From Candidatus Poribacteria bacterium (lineage in GTDB: Bacteria > Poribacteria > WGA-4E > UBA9662): a stretch of 64,000 nucleotides of DNA. A model generated the notes under the pieces. The model was given only the letters and a program-made list of their open reading frames with translations. It made no database searches and was not told the DNA's origin. Location: the NCBI GenBank assembly GCA_046582655.1, contig JAYGDX010000336.1, forward strand, positions 9,826 to 73,825, in the 5' to 3' direction. Shown here piece after piece: positions 42,736 through 51,131 of this stretch (position 1 is the stretch's first letter; each line of letters starts with the position of its first letter). Both the position numbers and the translations under genes were made by a program.

Positions 42736-43531
42736 ATGAAGTTTGGTTCAAAGCATTTCTTGATTTGGAGTCTGGTGTTGGTCAGCATTTTGTACTCGGT
42801 ATCAGCACAAGAGATGGTAACAGAACAACTGGTCGGGTTTTGGTCCTTCGATCAGTCGACAATTGCCGGAAAATCCGTTCGCGATGTATGGGCAAAGAAC
42901 CACGGCGCTATCAAAGGAACCCCTCAAATCGTCGATGGAAGAATCGGGCAAGCATTGTCTTTTAAAGGAAAGACGGATCTCGTCGAAATCCCACATCATG
43001 CCAATTTAGATCTTAAAAAAAGAGGTCACCATCGAATTCTGGTTTTTGCTCAAAGGACAAAGTGGCAACAATGAATATCCGAGACCAGTGAGTAAAGGAC
43101 AATCCACCGGAGATAACTCTGGTTATGGTGTATGGGTTAGAGACAGCAGAAATCCAACAGATATTGGATTCCGATCCGTAACCTTGATTCCAAAAGATAC
43201 GCGTAAGACAGATTTGCCCAACTATGATAATAAAGATTGGCATCACGTGGTCTTAGCTTATAATGGTAAAAAAGGGATGCTTTACCTGGATGGCGAAGTG
43301 CTCGTAGATCAACCTGTCAAAGGTGATTTGTCACAAAACAAAGAACCGTTACACATCGGTGATGGTAACAACGAGCGTCATTTTAATGGTTTGATTGATG
43401 AAGTTCGAATTTACAGTCGAGGGCTCAGTCAGGTTGAAGTCACACAAAATTTTAAGGTTGAATCGAACCTGTTGGATGTTCAACCCGCTGGGAAAATCGC
43501 AACACTCTGGGCAAGACTCAAGGAGAACTGA
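42736..43531 (+). pseudogene. Secreted LamG-domain protein split by a +1 frameshift in an A7 run
   Basis: Removing one A at 43015-43021 gives ...LDLKKEVTIEFWFLLKG...WHHVVLAY...FNGLIDEVRIYSR...DVQPAGKIATLWARLKEN. Confidence 0.85.
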
Positions 43532-43695
43532 TCCATCTTGAACCTAAGTTATCTTAGGAAGCCATCTTCCTTAAACAGAAGGATCGATTTGGATATAACT
43601 ATTGTAGGATTAAATCGACCGCTAAGTAGAGAATTACTTATTGTTTGTTTTGTCTTGGTGCATCCTGGTCACACCATTCTTAGGATGGATATTGA

Positions 43696-44664
43696 TTGGA
43701 ACTAATTAGCCTAAAAAAAATTTGGAATGCTGCTCCGCATAACGCTTTTACCGATTTGGAAAGATATCGAGGGCGCTGGTATTGCGCCTTTCGAGAAGGC
43801 CAAGGACATGCTGGCAACAATGATTACGGCAAAATCCGAGTCCTTGTCTCCGATGACGGTGAAACGTGGGTATCGTCGTCCTTATTAGAGGTTTCCGGAG
43901 TTGATTTGAGGGATGCCAAACTTTCGGTTATGCCTGATGGCCAACTACTCCTCAACTCATGCGAATACCGGGTCGATGACAATAACAACGACATCAGGAA
44001 TAATCAATCTGTTACCTATCTTTCCAAAGATGGGAAGTCTTGGGAAGGACCTTTCCATATTGCTGATCAAGGATATTGGCTTTGGCAGACGACCTGGTAT
44101 CAAGATGTTGGTTATGCCTTAGGTTATCAATGGGGAACCAGCGATGCCACGCGTTTCTATCAAACTAGGGATGGTAAGATGTACACAATGTTCCTTGACC
44201 ATCCACGTCCTGCGGGAGATCGCAGTAACGAGCATGCTATGGTTTTTAACCGATCAGGTAGATCTTACCTTCTTCTTCGTCGCGACAATGGGGAGAATAT
44301 CAGGGAGGGGGATGCTTTATTGGGCATTGCCGATTCTCCATACCGCGATTGGGAATGGAAAAAACTGGGTGTTACTGTGGGTGGCCCATCAATGATCCAG
44401 TTGGACGATGGCAGATTGCTGACTTGTATTCGAAGATATCAGGAAAACGACCACCGCAACTGGGGTTCACAATGGACTGAATTAGGTTGGATCGATCCCG
44501 AAAAAGGAACTTACACAAAGGGACTTAAACTTCCCAGTAAAGGTGATTCCAGTTACGCCGGATTGATTTGGCATAATGGTCTTCTCTGGCTGAGCTATTA
44601 TAGTAGTCATGAAGACAAGACCTCGATCTATCTGGCCAAGATAAAGGTGTCTATGACAGCGTGA
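43696..44664 (+). CDS. Sialidase/BNR-like beta-propeller protein
   Basis: APHNAFTDL, CAFREG, Asp-boxes SDDGETW and SKDGKSW, GDSSYAG and SYYSSHE motifs. Confidence 0.8.
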   Translation: MELISLKKIWNAAPHNAFTDLERYRGRWYCAFREGQGHAGNNDYGKIRVLVSDDGETWVSSSLLEVSGVDLRDAKLSVMPDGQLLLNSCEYRVDDNNNDIRNNQSVTYLSKDGKSWEGPFHIADQGYWLWQTTWYQDVGYALGYQWGTSDATRFYQTRDGKMYTMFLDHPRPAGDRSNEHAMVFNRSGRSYLLLRRDNGENIREGDALLGIADSPYRDWEWKKLGVTVGGPSMIQLDDGRLLTCIRRYQENDHRNWGSQWTELGWIDPEKGTYTKGLKLPSKGDSSYAGLIWHNGLLWLSYYSSHEDKTSIYLAKIKVSMTA

Positions 44665-44927
44665 TCGGCCACCAACCTAGGCTTGATATTCGCCCTAACA
44701 GATCAGTTTGGAATTGGGTGGTTGAAATCAGGTGATTGTTCCTCTCGCTGTTTATGAAGCGTTGCTAGGTTCTGTAAAAGTGCCGTACTCTATAGGACAG
44801 AAGGTGAAGAGAATCCCATCTGCCAGCAGAGATTTGTGATGGTTTATGTTTAGGGCATGTGCCGTCTTATTAAGTAAGTGGAAACGACGGGTGATCGGCG
44901 AGGTTTTTACGGCAGACCTTAGGGTAA

Positions 44928-45724
44928 TTAATTCGATCCTGACACACATTGAAATCCGTTGTTGAAGTCCCTCTCGGGATCGTCGTCGCGACTTGCTACA
45001 CGCAGATGCCTGATAATGTCGTTCCAGCTCCCTTTCGCGAAACACCTTGGTGTTTTTTTACCACTGTCATACTAATCTTGGTACCACTCCAAAACATTGC
45101 CTGCCATATCATATAAACCGTAAACATTCGGTTTTAGACTGCCCACAGGTGCTATGGATCCATCCTACTTATCTTACCACCAGTACCATCAAAGTTGGCA
45201 TAATCTCGTGCCAGGCTTTCATCGTCGTTCCACGAATAGATTTTACCAACCAATCCATCTCCACATATTCCCATGCTGCTTCAGTCGGTAACCTTTTGCC
45301 TGCCCATTTAGCGTGAACAGTTACATCGTGCCAGTTGACTCTAATCATCGGGGGGCATCGGTAGAAAAATGGGAGAGAGCCAAAGAAGGATCGATACCAC
45401 GACTATCTTCCATTAAACCAAAGGAACACGCATAAAATCGTTCCATAAATCAGCATCAAACTGATAATCCGTTGCCACCAAGAACTTCTTTAACTGACCC
45501 ACCGTCACTTCGATTGTATCCATCCAAAAAGGTTTCATCTGATCCGAACTAGCAGGAATAAAAAACCATCTTTGTCCATCTTTCTTTCAAGTAATTTTCT
45601 TCGCCTTAATACCTTTCAACTCTTTAGCGCTTTTAACCACAATCTCTTTGGTATCTTCGGCACGCACAAAACCTACCAAGATAACCAGCACCATCGAAAC
45701 AAAAACTGATTTTTTAACTATCAT
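44928..45724 (-). pseudogene. Decayed FGE-sulfatase/SUMF1 (C-type lectin fold) family gene
   Basis: Signal peptide; KIT*KKDG, EVTVGQ, VNWHD, WAGKRLPTEAAWEY, APVGSLKPNVYGLYDMAGNVLEWYQD*Y and C-terminal SW...LRVASR...GFQCVSG, spread over several frames. Confidence 0.85.
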
Positions 45725-45748
45725 ATTGACATTCTCCTTTGAGTTTGC

Positions 45749-45777
45749 TTGTACTTAATTTTTAACTTAAATACAAC
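45749..45777. repeat. Palindromic ~28-bp site, copy 1
   Basis: TTGTACTTAA-TTTTTAAC-TTAAATACAAC. Confidence 0.8.
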
Positions 45778-46150
45778 TTAACTAAGTAATAGAATCAACC
45801 GTTGTACTTGCTTCTTTGATTTGAAGAGTCCTGAAAAATCCTCAGGGAGTTAACGGAATCACGTTGCATCTGCATTCTGATCCAATTCAATCTACTTTTT
45901 ACAATTTTCAAAGAACAAATTAGCCTCTTCATCGGCTTAGATTTGAGGTTGACGGAAGCCCAGTTTTCGTTAGCTTTACCTTACAGTTTTATTTTTAGTG
46001 CAAATTGGCAGAATTAGCGCAATAATGTTCCACTAATCGTTAGATAACAATACTTATCGGACATTCTTTGCTGTAAATAGGTTGAGGTAATGCTATTATC
46101 CAATTTTCCCCTCACTGATTGTTCAAACACAATATTGGAGCCATATATTT

Positions 46151-46747
46151 ATGTTATTTTACGAAGAAGAGGTTCGGTATTTAGAGACTAACATCAAGAC
46201 CTTACCTGGTCGAGAAAGCCAGGTGATATTTTATGGGAGCTCCTCTATTCGATTCTGGCCTGATTTTCAAAATTGCTTCTCTTGGGATACAATCAATTTA
46301 GGGTTTGGAGGTTCAACTATCGCTGCTTGTGCGTGGTTTATGCCCAGATTGCTTTTTCGATTTAAGCCAAAAGGCCTAGTAATTTACGCTGGTGACAACG
46401 ACTTAGCTGCTGGCAGGTACCCAGCAGAAATCTGTAATAACCTCCGGTTGATGATGTTTGATATCCTTCGAACTTTAGGTCCTATACCCACCTTCTTTGT
46501 ATCAATAAAACCAAGCCCTTCTCGCTTTTATTTGCGATCAGAAATCGCCCGCACTAACCAAATGGTGCAGCAACTTATCACAAACGAGCAAAACCTATAC
46601 TACATCGACGTTTATTCTCATATGCTCGATGAAAAGGGGTTGCCTTTAGAAGAACTTTACGTAGAAGATCTATTACATTTGAATCAAAAAGGGTACGATA
46701 TCTGGACTAAGGTCATTGGCCAAAAATTGGAGCAACATCTGTCCTAA
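46151..46747 (+). CDS. SGNH/GDSL family hydrolase
   Basis: FYGSSSI, NLGFGGS, YAGDND, SIKPSP and DLLH motifs. Confidence 0.92.
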   Translation: MLFYEEEVRYLETNIKTLPGRESQVIFYGSSSIRFWPDFQNCFSWDTINLGFGGSTIAACAWFMPRLLFRFKPKGLVIYAGDNDLAAGRYPAEICNNLRLMMFDILRTLGPIPTFFVSIKPSPSRFYLRSEIARTNQMVQQLITNEQNLYYIDVYSHMLDEKGLPLEELYVEDLLHLNQKGYDIWTKVIGQKLEQHLS

Positions 46748-46810
46748 AGAGAGCATTCAGTTCAAAGGGACAAGTTTTGGTAGCTACTATCCTCATCGGT
46801 TGATTCTTGT

Positions 46811-46835
46811 GCATTAAAGTTTTAACTTAAATACA
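46811..46835. repeat. Palindromic site, copy 2 (degenerate left arm)
   Basis: GCATTAAA-GTTTTAAC-TTAAATACA; the last 16 nt are identical to copy 1. Confidence 0.7.
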
Positions 46836-47112
46836 GGTAACTCCACTTGCCATGGCTGAAAAGTCGGACCCCTTAGGTTGGAGTTTGTTCATATATTGAC
46901 AGGCTCAACAATCGAATTATATCAGCCCGCATACTGAGATTATCTTTATCAGGCGCTATCTCCCTGCCATCAACACACATCTTCTTGTACAAGCTAAACC
47001 CACCAATATAGCCGACAACACGATCCAATTCTGTTACAGGCTCAAAGCCGATCCATATTCAAAGCAACTAATGCTCCCAGTTTCATCCCCTCTTTCATGT
47101 TATCTGCCGCTC

Positions 47113-47739
47113 CTAATTGATTTTGGATTGTGTTTCACGAACCTTTTCCAGCCCCTTAAGCGCATATACATTTTTCGGGTTCATTTCCAGCGCTTTCTTA
47201 TATGTAGATATGGCCAAATCATATTTGCCTTGTATATAGTAAAGGGACCCAAGATTATTTAGCGCATATACATTTTCCGGGTCCATTTCCAGCGCTTTCT
47301 TATATGCAGATATGGCCAAATCATATTCACCTTGTCCTAAGTAAGCATCCCCAAGATTATTTAGCGCATATACATTTTCCGGGTCCATTTCCAGTGCTTT
47401 CTTATATGCAGATATGGCCAAATCATATTTGCCTTGTTTATAGTAAGCATCCCCAAGATTATTTAGCGCATATACATTTTTCGGGTCTAGTTCCAGCGCT
47501 TTTTTGTACACTATTATAGCCAAGTCATATTTGCCTTGGCTATAGTAAGCATCTCCCCGTGTTATATACCCACCAAGTTGACCACGTTGAGTGTAGCCAG
47601 GATAAGTAGACTTGTTAGATTGTCGTTCTAACTCCTTCAACATCTGAGTATGTATGAGTTCTTGTTTTTGCCTACCAGCATATTCCAATGACGCACATCC
47701 AACCAATAACAAACAGCATACAACCGTTATCCACTTCAT
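47113..47739 (-). CDS. TPR lipoprotein
   Basis: MKWITVVCCLLLVGC lipobox after AAGGAG; four near-identical TPR units (YDLAISAYKKALEMDPENVYALNNLG). Confidence 0.9.
   Translation of the reverse strand: MKWITVVCCLLLVGCASLEYAGRQKQELIHTQMLKELERQSNKSTYPGYTQRGQLGGYITRGDAYYSQGKYDLAIIVYKKALELDPKNVYALNNLGDAYYKQGKYDLAISAYKKALEMDPENVYALNNLGDAYLGQGEYDLAISAYKKALEMDPENVYALNNLGSLYYIQGKYDLAISTYKKALEMNPKNVYALKGLEKVRETQSKIN
47159..47556. repeat. 102-bp intragenic tandem repeat (about 4 units)
   Basis: GCGCATATACATTTT recurs at 47160, 47262, 47364 and 47466. Confidence 0.9.
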
Positions 47740-48045
47740 TTTATTATGCTCCTTATCTATTTCTACAACCAAACATCAAGAAAATTATTCTAACCAGAAA
47801 TACAATAATTAATCGAGTTTTCACCATTTACTCCTAATTAGTATTGGGTGTTATTGATTCGTTTTGGTTTTCTATCTCTTAACCGAAGCACTGCAACAGC
47901 AACAGATCTTACTCCTAATCGAACAGGAAAAGTGAGGCTTTTTATCATAGTTATGGAGCAAGTTGGCATAATCACAATCGGCCTTCGGATTTTGATTACT
48001 CTTTTACAATGACCTTCGCCATCTGGCAATCTAAATCATCATCTA

Positions 48046-48072
48046 GTACTTAATTTTTAACTAAAATACAAC
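48046..48072. repeat. Palindromic site, copy 3
   Basis: GTACTTAATTTTTAACTAAAATACAAC, 26/27 identical to 45751-45777. Confidence 0.8.
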
Positions 48073-48185
48073 CCAGTTGATGATGGAAGCACCTCAGATC
48101 TCTAGGTTTGGTGGCAGCCAAAATCGTCCTGGGATCGCCACAGGCGCATAGATTTAGGTCTGGATAGGCGGTGTATCAAACGCTA

Positions 48186-48610
48186 AGAGCCTGTTTGAAA
48201 GTCATTTTATTCGTTTGAGCATCAGTCGAATCATGTCAATATAAATCATGTTCTCTGAGTGCTGACTTTTGCGTTGATAGTCTAAGCTCAAGCCTCGGCA
48301 CCAACCCAACCAGGCAAAAGTCCGTTCCACAATCCACCGTTTAGGTAAGACTTGAAAGCCCTTAGCTTTCAGATTCATCACTATGTCTGACTGGGCTTGA
48401 AACCGATTCCGCAACCATAAACCAAGCTCCCCTCATAACCACCATCAGCCCATAGCTTTTGGGTGGTGTCCCGCTAAAAGAAAACGGACGAAAGTAATTC
48501 ATAGTCAGTTTGGCTATCGGCGGCATTGGTATCAGTGACCTTCAGAGCGATGGTTTTGACCGATTGGCTATCAATCACAGCCGCCCTGGGTTGAGCTTCT
48601 CTGCCTCGGG
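48186..48610 (-). mobile_element. Truncated IS5-family element (transposase remnant plus one end)
   Basis: GREAQPRAAVIDSQSVKT, WADGGY-like and GFQVLPKRWIVERTFAWL...DY motifs; terminal AGAGCCTGTTTGAAA next to CTA. Confidence 0.85.
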
Positions 48611-48648
48611 ACCAGTTGGGAGAATCCTCTGATTCCTTTGCAATCTCC

Positions 48649-48753
48649 GAAGAAGTGCCTTTTTTACCACTAGCAGGCAACCTAGAGGTGATTAGGTGGG
48701 AGAAAGACGGGATTGAGATGGTACTGATCCCGGTTGGTCGTTTTGAGATGGAA
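48649..48753 (+). pseudogene. Second FGE-family fragment (start of the domain)
   Basis: IRWEKDGIEMVLIPVGRFEM, parallel to KIT*KKDG...FIPA in the 44.9-45.7 kb remnant. Confidence 0.55.
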
Positions 48754-48932
48754 GACTTTATTAAATGAATTTACGACCTACCAAGCGGCTATTGAATCAT
48801 CTTCATGCCAAAGCTAAACGCTGCATCCCTACAGGATACGCGGTCTTTGGCACGGGCGCCAGCGTGCTTGACCAAACGTCGGTCGACCTATCGGTGTCGG
48901 GGCAAGCAACCTCAGCCCGCAGCCATCCTTTT

Positions 48933-49733
48933 CTAAGTGAGTCGCACCACGTTCTCTTTGACGATCTCTTTGACATGGGTATAGTGGGCGTTGGCCATCA
49001 ATTCCTTGGTCTGGGGCGACAAACGGCTCTGGAGGACGTCTGGGACAGCGGTCTGGCCTTTGAACTGGGGTCGGTAGCGCAACACCAGGGTGCGGCGCAG
49101 GCGATCTTCAGGCTTCCACTGCAACGTCCCATGGACCAGCATTTCAGTCATTATCACCGCATCCCCCGCCTGCGGCGTCACATTGACCACTCCCGCAGGC
49201 AGATCCTCGTGCTCAGTGATGACCCCGCCGTTGAATAAACTGGGCGGGCGCTCGAACTCCGCCTTGTGCGAGCCCGGGACTACCAACAAGCCGCCGTCGC
49301 CAGGGAAGACATCATCGAAATAGGGGAAAATGACGAAATCATCGCAGAAGATACGCCCCTCTCGGGTGTCAAAACGCGTGCTTTGCCAGCCATAGTCCTC
49401 ACGGGCACAGTGCAGATGGAATGGCTCGTGCAGGTGACTGTCCACTAGCAGTGTTCCCCGAGTGAAAGCCGGCTGGTCGTGGGTGAGCTCTTTGACAATA
49501 GACCACAGGCCCAAATGCATGGTTAGGGCTTCAAGGGCTTTGTCGAAAGCGAAGCCATTGGTGTAATACTTTCCGTCCTCGGAACGGGAAAAGCCCTCGG
49601 GCAGTTCGTCATCGGGCGTGGCCATATAGCGGTCGATGGCCGCCCGGGCGGCTGCCAGTTCGCTGTCGCTGAGCACCTTGGGGATATGCAAATAGCCCTT
49701 GATATCAAATAAATAGCGCTGTTCTGGGGTCAT
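48933..49733 (-). CDS. PhyH family Fe(II)/2OG enzyme with an HxA motif
   Basis: QRYLFDIKGYL, FHLHCA, DGGLLVVPGSHK and TEMLVHG motifs; visibly GC-richer than its flanks. Confidence 0.88.
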   Translation of the reverse strand: MTPEQRYLFDIKGYLHIPKVLSDSELAAARAAIDRYMATPDDELPEGFSRSEDGKYYTNGFAFDKALEALTMHLGLWSIVKELTHDQPAFTRGTLLVDSHLHEPFHLHCAREDYGWQSTRFDTREGRIFCDDFVIFPYFDDVFPGDGGLLVVPGSHKAEFERPPSLFNGGVITEHEDLPAGVVNVTPQAGDAVIMTEMLVHGTLQWKPEDRLRRTLVLRYRPQFKGQTAVPDVLQSRLSPQTKELMANAHYTHVKEIVKENVVRLT

Positions 49734-49963
49734 GGATTACTCCTACTCGCAATCGAGAAATTTTAGTGTTGCACCAGAGAGAACCCAAGTATGACAAGAT
49801 TGCTAGTTTTTGTAAAGAAGTGAAATGGTGATAAATGCCTGTTGGTAGGCAGGGATAGAAATTTCGGATTGACGACGCTGCTGAGAGAGCCGTACGAAAG
49901 ATGAACTCCTATCCTCAGCGATCATCACTTAATCTAATGATTGCCAAACTGAGTTATACGGTT

Positions 49964-50729
49964 CTATTTAGCCTTGATAACGCTCCAAAGGGTCGCTAAT
50001 TTGCTAGCAGGTGAAACGGCACGTGCTTTCTTCCACCCATCTTTATAGATTTTCTGAATATCTGCTGGTTCTAATGCAATACCCTTTTTAAAGAGAAAAA
50101 CTTCGTCCAAACCGCCTTTGTGATTCTCCGAACCCCATCCGCCAAATTTTAGTGGAGCTGGGTTATCCATATTGGCAGGGCCATTTCGTTCTGTATCAAG
50201 TTTACCATCTACATTAAAGAGAAACTTTTCCTTTTTTTCGGACCACTACGCAATGGTGCCAACCTTTTCCAACAATCACAGTTTTTCCGTCATCGATATG
50301 TTGACCTCCACCTTCAAAGATGAAAACGCCGGACTCCCTATCAATGCTGGCACTCAGGGCCCAGAACCCACCACCATTCCGTTTAATTATTACATAGGCA
50401 TCTTTATTCTCTGCTTCCATCCAACACCCAACAGAAAAATCGTCAGCTTCAAAATTGAAAACATCGTCATGTTCTATTATGATATAATTTTGCCCTCCAT
50501 CAAACTCGACAGCTTTACCGAATTTTCCATTAATCCATTTCAGAGCTTTTCCCGCTTCTCCATGGCGGTCGTTACCGGAGCTATCCTTAGCAACTTTACC
50601 AGAACCTTCATCGAAGAGCCACAAGCCAGCCAAACCATCAAAATTGATTTTGGCTGAACCCTGACTAATAAAGGCTAAAATCAGTATTAAAATAAAGCTT
50701 GTAGTTATAAATACCTCTCTGTTAGTCAT
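49964..50729 (-). pseudogene. Secreted LamG-domain protein split by a 1-nt insertion
   Basis: GLWLFDEGSG, GKFGKAVEFDG and WHH motifs; CTTTAATGTAGAT near 50214 restores LYVDG if one A is removed; ends AVSPASKLATLWSVIKAK. Confidence 0.85.
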
Positions 50730-51131
50730 TTTTAATTACCTCTCCCTATATTGCTGTAAAATTTGAGAGACTTGATAGATAAAAAACCAGTCTATCAAGA
50801 ACCAATGCACCAATAATATATCATGTAGCATTAAAAGTAAAATGAATTTAGGAAATAATTGCTGGTTGTCTTCTCTGAATTTAGTAATATAGTCAAATTA
50901 CATTCCGTAATGACAAGCGATGTGTAGTATTTAATTGGCCACTTACATTAGGAGGGATTACCGGTATGTCGGAGTTAGAAAACGGTAAGGATCGCACCTT
51001 GAACTTCCAGATAAATATTTTCTGTTTGGAAATATAAATTATGTGGATATGAGGTAGATCGACCTCCCAATCTGGGTGGTAGTTACAGTGGTGGAAATAG
51101 TGGATAGTCGGCTTTCAGCGATGGCAAACGG

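Noticed and set aside
47159..47556. Regularly spaced repeats resembling a CRISPR array
   Set aside because: The period is 102 bp (34 codons) in frame within a TPR gene, with no unique spacers and no cas genes.
45749..48072. Integron attC cassette array
   Set aside because: The sites are ~28 bp and lack the RYYYAAC...GTTRRRY ends and long hairpin of attC; no intI is present. Kept as a different kind of candidate site.
50927..50950. Possible fourth palindromic site (GTATTTAA-TTGGCCAC-TTACATTA)
   Set aside because: Only one arm matches and the core differs, so it could be chance in AT-rich DNA.
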